Positions 1 through 10,517 of a stretch of DNA of 64,000 nucleotides are shown in pieces. Position numbers and translations under genes: made by a program. The stretch covers positions 1 through 64,000 of the forward strand of contig JALGVI010000011.1 in assembly GCA_029838215.1 (NCBI GenBank), given 5' to 3'. The notes under the pieces are model-generated. The model did not search any database. It was not told where the DNA came from and was given only the letters and a program-made list of their open reading frames with translations. Source of the DNA: Candidatus Helarchaeota archaeon (GTDB lineage Archaea; Asgardarchaeota; Lokiarchaeia; Helarchaeales; RDOG01). Each line of letters begins with the position of its first letter. Position 1 is the stretch's first letter.

Positions 1-2051
1 CGTGCATAATATCCCGTGATTCGACTCCACCACTCAATCTTATCATCCAATGCACCGCAATGTGGGCATTTCGTGAAAATTCCTGAAATGAATCTTCCGC
101 ATTTTAGACAAGAGCTAAAATCTTTCGTGAAGGCGAAGTAAGCGGTATCGGTTCCTTCTGCAATTCTCTTGGTGAACTTCCACAATCCTTCAGGACCTGG
201 ATTTGATTCTCCAAGCCAGATGTGAGTGATCACGCCGCCTTGCACGATGGGATGGAAGCGTGCTTGGTCCGAAATGCGTTGGAACAGGTCAATATCGGCG
301 GAATATCTTAAATGATCGCTGTTTGTATAGTATATCGACCGTGATTGAAGGTCACCTTGAACTCTTGCCAAATCTGGATAATGCTTCATGTCCAACAAGG
401 CAAACCGCATGCTCGCGCTTTCTGCAGGTTGTTCCCATAACGAGAACTTGATGCCGTGATCATCGCTAAACTGCTTGCACTTATCTGCCATGAATTGGAC
501 AATTTTCAATCCAAACTCCAAGGCTTGTTTTGATGCATGAAGCTCTTCGCCCACGTGCGACAGGACGCATTCATTCAGTCCCACAAACCCGATATTAACG
601 GATTGCTTGCGCAGGTCGAGCAGGGGTGCATCGCCTGCATCCGCCAACTTGCGGGAGCATAAAGGCAAGAGTTCGTTTTCAAGTCGTTTCCCGATTAAAT
701 CCCTCTTGATGAGCAGGATCTCCTTCGCCAGATTCATGTTGTGAACGATCAAATCGAAGAGCTTGTCATCGTTGCCACGTGACTGATATGCATAACGGGG
801 GAGGTTCAAGCTCACGCTTTGAAGGCTTCCTAAGTTGAGATAAGAAGTGTGCCAATCGAATAAAGATGGGTCATCACAAGTCTTGCGGAGTCCTTCTGGA
901 GTAAGAATGATCCTGCAACATTGCGAATGAACTTCGTCGGGCATCCAACTAGCTGCCAAGTTTAAAAAATACGGCGTTCCAAACTTTGCTGCTTCCTTGC
1001 TGACTAATAAGTAATCGTCTTCAAACTTATCAAACCATTCTTTTTTTAGCTTGATTTCGTGCTTTGGAAAATTGAAAAGACGCCCGTTCCCATCTCCCTG
1101 GTAATACACCTTGGCAATTGCGCGGAATAACTTGTTGCACTCATCCACGTAGTCTCCGTAAATGCCACTAACCTTTCCTTCCGGTCCTATGGCGGGAACA
1201 TCTAATAATGAATCAGGAATGGTGGGAACGCAAGTGATGGAAGTGAATGGAATTTGAGCTCCTCTCGATGCATAAATCTGGTTAGATTCGAAAATGAAGC
1301 ATTGTGCTAGTTGTTCTATTTCTTTCTCCGGCAATCCCCTGACGTATGGTGCTAAAAATACCGTGAAATTGTCATATCCGAGCCCTCCGCTAAATTCACC
1401 CGTGATTAATCCTAACCACTTTGCAGCGTGAAGCATGGCGACAATGGGATGCTTGGCGGGTTTTGAAACGGCTGAGTACGGCCAATTCACCGGCGGTAAT
1501 CCAAACTTGAGTATCATTCTTAAATCAAATTCCTGGCAGAATGGACGTAAGTCAAAATATCTGAGCATGTGAACGTGCAGGTCGCCATTTAAATGAGCAT
1601 TTGCTTGTTCTTCCCTCAAGATCCGAAGCAATGCGTATTCTGAGGATATGCGGTCTGCTGCCCAATTATGGATCGATTCAGGATTCCTGTATTGGTTCGC
1701 ATTCTCCTTAATTCCTGCCGTTAGGAATTTTTCGTAATCCATTAAAGGCATGCCGAGCCGTGTATATCTTTTTCTCGCTTGTAAAAGCCCGATCTCGGCT
1801 AAAACAGAACAACACATTTCTCGAATTGCTGGTCCCGATAACCAACGTATGTTCGAAGTCAGAATTCGCTTTAAAACCATTTGAGTGACCTGTTCCGCAA
1901 CATGAACAGGAATTCCCGTTTCCAAGATCAAGCTATCTATGATTTTATTGGCATCGAATTCTTCGACATCTCCTTTTGTGGTTCGGACTTCTGGTAGAAT
2001 GTCCTTTATGAGCCTGTCCATCGTGTGGATTCGGTCACGGTCATCAGCCAT
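1..2051 (-). CDS. nrdD: Anaerobic (class III) ribonucleoside-triphosphate reductase with N-terminal ATP-cone; 3' end runs off the window
   Basis: Manual translation from ATG at 2051: MADDRDRIHTMDRLIKDILPEVRTTKGDVEEFDANKI (ATP-cone), HLNGDLHVH, EQPAESASMRFA, YYTNS, C-terminal CLKC...CPHC zinc site and glycyl-radical motif WSRITGYY at the window edge. Absent from the ORF track because it is truncated. Confidence 0.95.
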   Translation of the reverse strand, partial: MADDRDRIHTMDRLIKDILPEVRTTKGDVEEFDANKIIDSLILETGIPVHVAEQVTQMVLKRILTSNIRWLSGPAIREMCCSVLAEIGLLQARKRYTRLGMPLMDYEKFLTAGIKENANQYRNPESIHNWAADRISSEYALLRILREEQANAHLNGDLHVHMLRYFDLRPFCQEFDLRMILKFGLPPVNWPYSAVSKPAKHPIVAMLHAAKWLGLITGEFSGGLGYDNFTVFLAPYVRGLPEKEIEQLAQCFIFESNQIYASRGAQIPFTSITCVPTIPDSLLDVPAIGPEGKVSGIYGDYVDECNKLFRAIAKVYYQGDGNGRLFNFPKHEIKLKKEWFDKFEDDYLLVSKEAAKFGTPYFLNLAASWMPDEVHSQCCRIILTPEGLRKTCDDPSLFDWHTSYLNLGSLQSVSLNLPRYAYQSRGNDDKLFDLIVHNMNLAKEILLIKRDLIGKRLENELLPLCSRKLADAGDAPLLDLRKQSVNIGFVGLNECVLSHVGEELHASKQALEFGLKIVQFMADKCKQFSDDHGIKFSLWEQPAESASMRFALLDMKHYPDLARVQGDLQSRSIYYTNSDHLRYSADIDLFQRISDQARFHPIVQGGVITHIWLGESNPGPEGLWKFTKRIAEGTDTAYFAFTKDFSSCLKCGRFISGIFTKCPHCGALDDKIEWWSRITGYYA

Positions 2052-2282
2052 TTAAACAACTCCAATCATGAACATTATTCTAAATTAATACATGCAAACA
2101 TGTATTATCAAGTTTATTTTTGAATCAAGATCATCATCTTTCTTATTAATTTCCTACTAAAACTGCTCGCTTTTTGGAAAGAAAATTCGAAATGCTTCCA
2201 TTTTGAAACGTATTCTCCACGTATTATGAATTCTAATATTCATTGAAATGAAACACATCATCAATCAATCTTCAGGGGTCCA

Positions 2283-2903
2283 ATGATGGAAATTCGTGAC
2301 ATATTCATATTGAAAGAAGGAATTCCGATTTACCACAAGAAACAACCTGAATCGAACCTGAGAAAGGACGAAACCCTAACAATGGGTTTTTTGAGTGCCC
2401 TCACGAGCTTTGCAATGGAAATTGGTGCCGGGGTACCGCGGCTATATGCAACCGATACGGCAAGGTTTACGTTCTTTGAACGTGATGATCATCTCTTCAT
2501 CGTATATAGCGACCTTGACATTACCAATGAACAAATCCTCGATTTTTCCCGGAAATTATCGGATGCATTCTTTAAATCTTTCAACGGCAGGCTAACAGGT
2601 ACGACATTACCGGTCTTTGACGATTACACGTCAGCACTTTTAACCGAATTCTATCAAACAAATAAACCACCTTCACGCGTGAAATTGGAAGAATCCCGCT
2701 ACATGATGGAGATGAAACAACTCGTCCCGAAAATACACGTCGAAGAAGAACAACTACGGTTGACGACACAACGCCGGAAACTATTCAAGTTGATTGATGG
2801 TAAAAATTCCGTTTATGAAATTGCTAATCAATTAAACGAGAATCCACAACGTGTCTTGAGCATATTGAGGTCGTACAAGAAAGAAGGAGCCGTTACCTTT
2901 TAA
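2283..2903 (+). CDS. Longin-like domain protein with C-terminal winged-helix domain
   Basis: N-terminus IFILKEGIPIYH...LTMGFLSALTSFAMEI...FTFFERDDHLFIV is the longin pattern. C-terminus KLFKLIDGKNSVYEIANQLNENPQRVLSILRSYKKEGAVTF is wHTH-like. Confidence 0.7.
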   Translation: MMEIRDIFILKEGIPIYHKKQPESNLRKDETLTMGFLSALTSFAMEIGAGVPRLYATDTARFTFFERDDHLFIVYSDLDITNEQILDFSRKLSDAFFKSFNGRLTGTTLPVFDDYTSALLTEFYQTNKPPSRVKLEESRYMMEMKQLVPKIHVEEEQLRLTTQRRKLFKLIDGKNSVYEIANQLNENPQRVLSILRSYKKEGAVTF

Positions 2904-2952
2904 AAAATTCTTTTTAGAAAATAGAAAAAGAAGCGAGAATAACTCCTCGCGT

Positions 2953-3168
2953 TTAAAAACCTTTAATTGCTAAATCAATATCTCCTTTGGTAATCTTTTT
3001 ACGATTGCTGTGTTTTGCCAAAGTATAAGCGCGTTTAGTGATGTCCGTGGCTTTCTCTTGAAGCCAGCTAATCAGAAAATCAACTGCATCACGGGAAACA
3101 ATCTTTGCACCAGCATCAGCCATGAGGCTTCTCAAAGGAGACCATGCGAAAAATCTTTTCTTTGCCAT
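2953..3168 (-). CDS. Archaeal histone
   Basis: 71 aa histone fold: SPLRSLMADAGAKIVSRDAV...AKHSNRKKITKGDIDLA (R-K-T/I-D L2 motif). Confidence 0.93.
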   Translation of the reverse strand: MAKKRFFAWSPLRSLMADAGAKIVSRDAVDFLISWLQEKATDITKRAYTLAKHSNRKKITKGDIDLAIKGF

Positions 3169-3607
3169 GTTTCATCCCTCAGTTTTTACTTTTTTTGTGA
3201 ATTAATCAAGTAAGGGCATGTAATCTAACATTCAAACCATATAAAAAGATTTCGGAATATCGTCGGAAAAATAATGATTTTTTCGGAATTTTTGGAAAAT
3301 AACACTACTCGAAATTTTTCACTCGTGATCACAGCAAAAAATTCTTTTGTTCATGACAAAGTCTCTAGAAGAATTAGCTCTTACAAAAAGTACCTTGACC
3401 AATTTTTTTTTTTGGAGAAAGGATTCTTCCAAACTTGATAATCAATCGAGATGAACAAATATTTGTTAAATATTGAATCCGAGCAAATTGAAAAAAACAT
3501 TCTTTTTGTTTTTTTATACCACGACAAAATTCCGCATCGATGAAAAAAAATAAAAAAATTAACGAAAGAATCATAAAAAAAAGAAAGAAGAAAGAATTTG
3601 TCGTGAT

Positions 3608-6514
3608 TCAGTTTGCATGGGCTGACAGGAATAATGTTTTGGTTGCATATTCTTTGAGATGTCCCGTTCCATTGTAGATGAAGAGTTCTATGACATAGCT
3701 GAAAGACAAGGATGACAATCCGGATCCTGTAAGGTTTACCATTATCCTTGGAACAATTCCACGGAATTCGTCAGGTATGAGGGTCCAATTGGCTATGTGG
3801 TACGTCACGTTCGGTGTTTGATTATAATTGGTATAAGGAATTTCGCTACCATTAAGCTTCAAGTGCACTAAAGAGTCATAGTCATTGAAGAAAGATGCAT
3901 TAAAGTTAAGGCTGATGTTAAGAGTGACATCATATTGCACGATATCATTATTCGTAACTTCACAAGTGATTTTAGCTTCGGACCCTGATGCAACTGAACT
4001 GGGTGCCGTTGCACTCAAAGTTACGTTTCCTGCAGTCGTCACGTTAATTTGTGCATATGCATCTTGGACCGTTGCCCCGTAGTACACGCGACCTTGCGTA
4101 AACGCGTCCACGAGTCCTACAAGTTGTAAAGTGGATGTCGTGCCCGTTTCACTATAAACAGGTATGACATACCATAACGATCCCTCAAATGGATAAAGAA
4201 GAAAGTTACCGTATCGTTTATTTTGGATTAACGTGAGATTTTGAGTGGCTTCATTATTGAAATATTGTATTGCTGTCGAGATTCCCACAAAAATCGAAGT
4301 TCCTGATGCCGCCCTATAAAATGTTGACTTGCCAAGGTTATCAAGTCCCTTGGTTCCATATCGAATCATGTATAATCCTGCAAGGTTTTCACCAACCGAG
4401 CTTAATAGTTCGACAATGTTTGTTCCGACAAATTCCATTCCCGTCCCAATGTTATACATGACGTGATGTAGATCGGTCGCTGAAGGTCGTTCAAAGAAAT
4501 CTTCTCCAGTTCGCCATTGTAACGAGTTCTGGACGTGATAAATATAGTCAACCTCAAGCTGGTTTTCATAGAGCGTCTCGGGATATTTTAATTGACTCGT
4601 TATCCAATCTATGCTTCCTGCAATGTCTTTCCACGGATATTTGAGCATGTAAATTTGGGCAAAATTAAATCCCGTGAGGTCCAAATTCGGATTCTTGTAT
4701 AAACTCATCTCTCCGGTTTGGACATCGATCAGGCAAAAACCCAACCATCGCATTAGATTGCATTCCATGTAAGAGAATTTAGGATAATCTAAGATGATGT
4801 CTACAACATAATATGTTCGATTATTGTTAAAAACTAAATAGGGATCATCGCCAACCTTCAAGTTTTTCAGGAGCATGTCTTCCACGCGAAGGCTCACGTT
4901 TCTCTTGACGACCAGCCTCGTGGGACCAAACGACTTGAAACCCCAATCTTCAATGTAAAGCCAACCCAATAGACCGCTAAGCGTCACGTCAGGTTCTCCC
5001 GGGTAAGTCAGGTTATCTTGCTCTAAAAAGTCAGTGTATATGTGCGCATCCATTAGAAAGTAGTCATTATCAAACGATTCGCCGAAATATATGGGATACG
5101 TGGAATTTACTCCAAAATAATTATCAATTTCCGTCTCTGTCAGCACGATTGGAGAACTGGAACTCGCTCTCATTGCAACAAATCCACGGGAGTGTGAATA
5201 TGTATAATGCACGTCGATCCATTCTGCTTGTGCCTTAGCAGGAGAAATTGCACGTGGTGCAACCCAGAATTCCTCTTCTTCTCCTCCCTGACCCGGTAAA
5301 AAGACAATGTCTGAATCGGCAAGTACTTCCCAAGTTGATCCAATTTGTGGTTGCATTGTTCTTCGAGATGCGCCGTAGTCATATTGACGGATATGCCGAA
5401 GGGTTTGTTCGGAATTTCCCATACTATTGATGAGGTCTGTCATCGTTGATTCATTGAAACCGTTTATATCCGCAGCTTTCCTCGTGATATCTATTTGGGT
5501 TGAAATCTGCGTGCTCCACGTCCAAGAATGCCAGTTTGCCGTGGCAAAAAGGGAATTAAATCCGACCATGCCAAAAAGGGAAACTGTGAAAAAACCAACC
5601 AGCACGCCCAAGACAACGCACGATTTTAAAATTCTTGAAGGATTGTTGGATCTTTCATCCTTTTTGAAAATACCTATTACATACGTTCCTATACCAACGA
5701 AGAGAAAGAGAATCGATAAAATAAAAACTGCCATGACAAATAAACTTGCAAGGTAGTCATAATAGCCAACAGGAAAGGACGCAAATCCCCATGCTAGAAT
5801 TACGAAAATCAATAAAAATGCAAGACCGGTTACTTGCAACGATGAGAATTTTTCCGGATTAGATGACCTTTTCAGCACGTTATATGCTAACAACGCAACA
5901 ATTTTAGCAAAACAAAACCACAATACCAACGAAATCAATGGATACCATATTTCAACATACATGAATACAATATCGATATTGACAACTCCTGGAAAAAATG
6001 GATATAACAAAGCCGTTCCTGCTGCAGAAAGATTCATTCCAAGATTTATAACGGTATACAATGCAAAATCAATATTTCCCGTAATTATAGTCCATTCTTC
6101 CCCCAAAAGAACGGTCGTCTCGCCGATCATCACAAATGCTGCTATCAACCCAACGACTATCGCAATTCCATAATTGACCAAAACATGAACATACCAAGGA
6201 GGAGACCGTATCCTTTCATTTCGAATGCGTGTGATGGCTTCCGCCCCTAATTTTAAAAATCCACTACGAAATGGCAATTGAATCGTAGTTACGATGCATA
6301 AAAGAATTACTGTTATTGCTGGAACTAAAAATATGCCGACTCCTTCCAAGAGCGTGATGCGGAACCAATCTATACCTAAACGACTAAAATATATCGATTG
6401 ATTTATCCATAATTCGATAAGAAATGACATGGAAAGCCATAATAAAATCGCAGTTATGATTAAAGCACCAAGAATTACTGCTCCAAGCACGATGGTGATG
6501 TTTCTTCTGTTCAT
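3608..6514 (-). CDS. UPF0182-family multi-pass membrane protein with C-terminal beta-rich extension
   Basis: About 9-10 hydrophobic segments, then the UPF0182-like motifs TYSHSRGFV, PIYFGE, GDDPYLV, LKYPETLYENQ and RYGNFLLYP...LWYVIPVY. Confidence 0.8.
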   Translation of the reverse strand: MNRRNITIVLGAVILGALIITAILLWLSMSFLIELWINQSIYFSRLGIDWFRITLLEGVGIFLVPAITVILLCIVTTIQLPFRSGFLKLGAEAITRIRNERIRSPPWYVHVLVNYGIAIVVGLIAAFVMIGETTVLLGEEWTIITGNIDFALYTVINLGMNLSAAGTALLYPFFPGVVNIDIVFMYVEIWYPLISLVLWFCFAKIVALLAYNVLKRSSNPEKFSSLQVTGLAFLLIFVILAWGFASFPVGYYDYLASLFVMAVFILSILFLFVGIGTYVIGIFKKDERSNNPSRILKSCVVLGVLVGFFTVSLFGMVGFNSLFATANWHSWTWSTQISTQIDITRKAADINGFNESTMTDLINSMGNSEQTLRHIRQYDYGASRRTMQPQIGSTWEVLADSDIVFLPGQGGEEEEFWVAPRAISPAKAQAEWIDVHYTYSHSRGFVAMRASSSSPIVLTETEIDNYFGVNSTYPIYFGESFDNDYFLMDAHIYTDFLEQDNLTYPGEPDVTLSGLLGWLYIEDWGFKSFGPTRLVVKRNVSLRVEDMLLKNLKVGDDPYLVFNNNRTYYVVDIILDYPKFSYMECNLMRWLGFCLIDVQTGEMSLYKNPNLDLTGFNFAQIYMLKYPWKDIAGSIDWITSQLKYPETLYENQLEVDYIYHVQNSLQWRTGEDFFERPSATDLHHVMYNIGTGMEFVGTNIVELLSSVGENLAGLYMIRYGTKGLDNLGKSTFYRAASGTSIFVGISTAIQYFNNEATQNLTLIQNKRYGNFLLYPFEGSLWYVIPVYSETGTTSTLQLVGLVDAFTQGRVYYGATVQDAYAQINVTTAGNVTLSATAPSSVASGSEAKITCEVTNNDIVQYDVTLNISLNFNASFFNDYDSLVHLKLNGSEIPYTNYNQTPNVTYHIANWTLIPDEFRGIVPRIMVNLTGSGLSSLSFSYVIELFIYNGTGHLKEYATKTLFLSAHAN

Positions 6515-6675
6515 ATTAGCTCCTCATTTAAGTTAATTTCAATTAATGAAAAAATTAATGATTTGTTTTGAAAATATAACTAAATATCAAATTTTAATTG
6601 GTCAATTTAAATTGAACTTCAAATGCAAATCTCATCATGTCATTTAAAGAGAATAAACAAGCAGGATGTTAGAGA

Positions 6676-8220
6676 ATGACTAAAGAATACTTGCTCGTCA
6701 TTGACGCAGGCACGACCGGATTGAGGACAATCATTTACGATTCAAGCGGTAATCAAATTTCACTCGCTTATCAAGAATATTCTAGCAAGTTTCCCTCGCC
6801 CGTAATGGTCGAACAGGATGCAATGGATTGGTGGAAAGCAACAAAAGAAACCTCCGCACGAGCATTTAAGGCAAAGGATATCACTCCCGAACACGTCATT
6901 GCGATTTGCGTGACAAATCAACGAGAAACCATCGTTCCCGTGGATGAAAATGGAATTCCCCTTCACAATGCAATTGTATGGCAAGATCGCCGGACCATTG
7001 AAGAATGTGAGTGGATAAATAACAAAATCGGGATTGATACCATTAACAGAATAACCGGATTGACGATCGATCCTTATTTCTCGGCTTCAAAAATAATGTG
7101 GCTTAAAAAACACAAACCTGAGATCTTTAAAAAAACTCACAAGATCTTATTGGTTCATGACTATCTCGAAATGAAACTCACTGATGTTTATATTACGGAT
7201 TGGTCCAATGCATCAAGAACGATGCTGTTCGATATTGGAAAAAACGAGTGGAGCAAGCAACTAACCGAAAAGCTCGAAATCCCGATTGAAATAATGCCTA
7301 AAGCCGTACCATCAGCGCAAAAAATCGGTGAAGTCACCAAGCAAGTCGAAAAAGAAACATCTTTCGTGGCAGGAACTCCTGTCATCTCTGGAGGCGGCGA
7401 TCAACAATGTGCAGCCGTCGGTCTTGGTGTCATAAATACAGGTCGCGTCAAGATCACGACCGGTACCGGGAGCTTCATTCTTGCTCACCTAGATTCTCTT
7501 ATCAGGGATGAAAAACGTCGCGTGGTCACGTCTTGCCACGCCGTCCCCGGCAAATATGTTCTTGAAGCATCAATGTTCACCACGGGAAGTGTCTTGAGAT
7601 ATTGTCGGGACACATTCGGTGATGCCGAAAAACAAGAAGCTGAGAAAAAAGGTTTAGATCCGTATGATATCTTAACTGCTGAAGCAAACGATGCTCCCGT
7701 TGGCTCAGGTGGCGTGATCGTCATTCCTCACTTTATGGGTGTGGGTGCGCCATATTGGAACTCGCTCAGCCGAGGCGTGATATTGGGTTTGACACTGGGT
7801 CATGATAAAAAATATATTGTCAGGGCCATTTTAGAAGGCGTTTCTCTGGAAATCAAGAAGAATCTTGAAGTCTTTAATGAACTCATGCCATCTTCCATTG
7901 CTGAAGTGAGAATCACTGGAGGTGCCACGCGAAGTGACCTCTGGAATCAAATCCAAGCTGACGTGTACGGAATCCCTGTCATCAAGGGTCTAACAGAAGA
8001 AACAACGGCATTGGGTGCCGCAATCCTTGCAAGCGTGGGAACCAGTCTTTATAAAAACATTCAGGAAGCATCTGATGCGATGAGCAAACTATCTCCAAAA
8101 ATCATGCCGAATAAAAAGAATCACGAAAAATACTTGGATTTACTCAAGATTCACAAGCAAGTCTACGAAATCTTAGACTCCAATGGAATTTACGAAAAGC
8201 TATCAAGTTATTCTACTTGA
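6676..8220 (+). CDS. FGGY-family carbohydrate kinase (xylulokinase/glycerol kinase-like)
   Basis: IDAGTTG, TNQRET, AIVWQDRR, TDWSNASRTMLF, GGGDQQ, GGATRS. Confidence 0.93.
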   Translation: MTKEYLLVIDAGTTGLRTIIYDSSGNQISLAYQEYSSKFPSPVMVEQDAMDWWKATKETSARAFKAKDITPEHVIAICVTNQRETIVPVDENGIPLHNAIVWQDRRTIEECEWINNKIGIDTINRITGLTIDPYFSASKIMWLKKHKPEIFKKTHKILLVHDYLEMKLTDVYITDWSNASRTMLFDIGKNEWSKQLTEKLEIPIEIMPKAVPSAQKIGEVTKQVEKETSFVAGTPVISGGGDQQCAAVGLGVINTGRVKITTGTGSFILAHLDSLIRDEKRRVVTSCHAVPGKYVLEASMFTTGSVLRYCRDTFGDAEKQEAEKKGLDPYDILTAEANDAPVGSGGVIVIPHFMGVGAPYWNSLSRGVILGLTLGHDKKYIVRAILEGVSLEIKKNLEVFNELMPSSIAEVRITGGATRSDLWNQIQADVYGIPVIKGLTEETTALGAAILASVGTSLYKNIQEASDAMSKLSPKIMPNKKNHEKYLDLLKIHKQVYEILDSNGIYEKLSSYST

Positions 8221-8275
8221 TCAATTTCAACGTAATAAAAATTGATTAGAAATTTAAGAATGAGGTTGATTTTAA

Positions 8276-8599
8276 ATGAAAGAAAAAGAACCTATAAGTG
8301 AAGAAGAGATTAAAAAAAAGAAATTTCGGATAACTTGTGTCAATCCGACCTTCGATGGGGCAATTGAACTAGATAATCCAATATATCAATTGTGTGGCCA
8401 TGGTCATGGAATGGATATAAATGAAATTAATAAGAATTTAATATGGAGAGGAAAACCTTACATTAGAATTCCATATTGTAAATATTGCTACTCGGAAGAA
8501 ACCGTAGGTGTCTTTGATGATACCCCTCAAATGCTAGGCTGGTCGATGAACTTACCATCTGATGAAAATCCCTATTTCGTTCTTAAAAAAAACACTTAA
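8276..8599 (+). CDS. Hypothetical protein, possible metal-binding (CGHGH, CKYC)
   Basis: 107-aa ORF filling the gap between two genes; no family recognised. Confidence 0.6.
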   Translation: MKEKEPISEEEIKKKKFRITCVNPTFDGAIELDNPIYQLCGHGHGMDINEINKNLIWRGKPYIRIPYCKYCYSEETVGVFDDTPQMLGWSMNLPSDENPYFVLKKNT

Positions 8600-8624
8600 A
8601 AGAATTTACTTATTGGTATTTTCA

Positions 8625-9284
8625 TCAATTCTTCTTCATTTCTTGTAATTTTTTGTTTAGCAAGCCGTACATTTCGTTAAATTCTTTCAAAAAATTCACT
8701 CTCTTGGAATCTCTTGTAAAAAATTCACTATCATCTTGAATCTGAGATACCATTTCAGATAGTTTTTCATGGATATCAATGAGCTTTTGCACGGATGCTT
8801 GCAAGGCACTTTTCTTTATCTGATCTTTTTTCAACAGCTTGCTCAAGTTATATTCAAATATCTCCCGAAGTTTTTCATGATCGCCATGCAAGTCTAACCA
8901 TAACCCGATCACGTGTTCAAGATAAGTATTCGTGAGCTCCTCCAGCAGGCTTTCATATTCCCGCATGTCATATTTTCGATACATGATTAGGCGGCTGAAC
9001 CATTTCCCCATCTTCGTGAACTCATACCATTTTGGAGCACCTCTTCGACTCGAAGTTCTTTCTTCCAAAATCCCTAATTCAATGAATTTCTTGAGCTTCT
9101 CTATGATGGTCTTGTTGCTAAACGTGAGCTGGTCAATCAATTCCTTTTGAGTACTGATGCCCATTCCAATTTTCCTGATGATTTCCATGGCTATTTCTGA
9201 TCCAAAAATCAACGTGAGGATGTCTTGTTGAGTGCTAGGATCATCAGGCAGGATGATCAAGTATGGATGAAATTTACGTTCCAA
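8625..9284 (-). CDS. Winged-helix transcriptional regulator
   Basis: STQKELIDQLTFSNKTIIEKLKKFIELGILEE...KWYEFTKMGK wHTH followed by a helical C-terminus. Confidence 0.75.
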   Translation of the reverse strand: MERKFHPYLIILPDDPSTQQDILTLIFGSEIAMEIIRKIGMGISTQKELIDQLTFSNKTIIEKLKKFIELGILEERTSSRRGAPKWYEFTKMGKWFSRLIMYRKYDMREYESLLEELTNTYLEHVIGLWLDLHGDHEKLREIFEYNLSKLLKKDQIKKSALQASVQKLIDIHEKLSEMVSQIQDDSEFFTRDSKRVNFLKEFNEMYGLLNKKLQEMKKN

Positions 9285-9306
9285 ATCAATTCTCCTCGCC
9301 TATTCC

Positions 9307-9693
9307 TTAAGAAGCAGAGATATCATCAATATACATGAGGGGAAAGTCCAATTCTTCAATATATCGAATCTTCCCCGAAACCTTGACCGTCCCATATGCA
9401 GCAATTACATCCGCTTTAAAATTCGCACGTCCCAATTCTGAATAATCATAAACTTTCTTCCCATTCTTAAGGTCTGTTGGAATAATGGAAATCTTAACGT
9501 TCTCTATCCAGGGTTGTTTCGACATCGTTGCTTCAATCGCCTCCTCCAATTTATGTATCGTTGTTTCGTCATTTGTCAGAGGCGTTCCTTGAAATTGATG
9601 ATATATGGCTCCAAGCGTGATTCCACATTCAAAAATCGCCCTATCCCGGTCGTTCATCTCATCCGTAAAATACTTTTTTGCCTTATCCTTCAT
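9307..9693 (-). CDS. mptD: Archaeal dihydroneopterin aldolase
   Basis: DRDRAIFECGITLGAIYHQFQGTP...YDYSEL...FPLMYI. Start moved to the ATG at 9693; sits in a pterin cluster. Confidence 0.88.
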   Translation of the reverse strand: MKDKAKKYFTDEMNDRDRAIFECGITLGAIYHQFQGTPLTNDETTIHKLEEAIEATMSKQPWIENVKISIIPTDLKNGKKVYDYSELGRANFKADVIAAYGTVKVSGKIRYIEELDFPLMYIDDISAS

Positions 9694-9747
9694 TTTTTTC
9701 AATCCCAATTTTTTTCTATTCGAATGCAAGTATTTTTAGTGAGAAAA

Positions 9748-10368
9748 ATGGTCGAAATTACGCCAAGTTTTCGTGTTGAACTCGAAGAGATCTATGAAGT
9801 CCTAATCACGACGTTAAGCCCTGAGAAGCATTATAATGTTGCTCCAATGGGCGTGATTTTTCGTTCGGACCAAGAGATCGAATTGAGAATTTTTAACACT
9901 TCGAATACCTGTAGGAACCTGCAGCATGTTGGTAAAGCGAGGATTAATTTTGTCAATGATTTATTCTTATTCTACAAGGCCGCATTAGACAAGCAACACT
10001 TTCCTGAAACTGCATTATCATGGAAGTCTCCTGACCTTCCTCCTGGAATAAAAAATGCATGGTTGATTCTTGATGTTCAAGTTCACGCCATTAAAAAACA
10101 GCGCGAAATGACGCATTTTGTGCTAAAAATCATCTCAAAACAGGAAAAGATCATTCGCACTGCTCCTTTTTGCCGGAGTCATTACAAACTTTTGGAAACC
10201 ATCATTCACTTAACTCGTCTACCCATATTTAAAGAAAGGGATCCTTATGAATTTGCAAGCCTCAAAGAAGCCATCGATGAAAATATCCGGTATGTTCGAG
10301 CTCATTCCAGAAGTGAAACTGCATTGTGCGTTTTAGACCTGATTCTCACTTATCTTGATAACTTTTAA
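9748..10368 (+). CDS. DUF447-family protein (split barrel, methanopterin-cluster associated)
   Basis: YEVLITTLS...NVAPMGV...IFNTSNTCRNL...INFVND...PFCRSHYKLLETIIHLTRL. ATG at 9748; the upstream part of the tracked ORF is antisense to mptD. Confidence 0.8.
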   Translation: MVEITPSFRVELEEIYEVLITTLSPEKHYNVAPMGVIFRSDQEIELRIFNTSNTCRNLQHVGKARINFVNDLFLFYKAALDKQHFPETALSWKSPDLPPGIKNAWLILDVQVHAIKKQREMTHFVLKIISKQEKIIRTAPFCRSHYKLLETIIHLTRLPIFKERDPYEFASLKEAIDENIRYVRAHSRSETALCVLDLILTYLDNF

Positions 10369-10517
10369 TTCGAGTCTTTCTCATGTCGTGTTTGATTTCT
10401 CGTTAAATTCTCAAGTCTTCATGACTAATTCTGGAGATGCTTTAAATAGAAATTGTTTCTACGTTATTAAAGTTACGAGAGTTACATTAAAATGTAACTG
10501 ATTACAGAAAAAAACCT

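Noticed and set aside
3169-3607. AT-rich intergenic region with A/T runs as a possible origin or repeat array
   Set aside because: No ORB-like repeats and no cdc6 neighbour; explained by the histone promoter and the UPF0182 terminator.
8276-8599. AT-rich orphan gene as a mobile-element remnant
   Set aside because: No terminal repeats, target duplication or transposase motifs.
9514-9747. N-terminal 78 codons of tracked ORF 9514-10368
   Set aside because: Antisense to mptD; the DUF447 similarity starts at ATG 9748.
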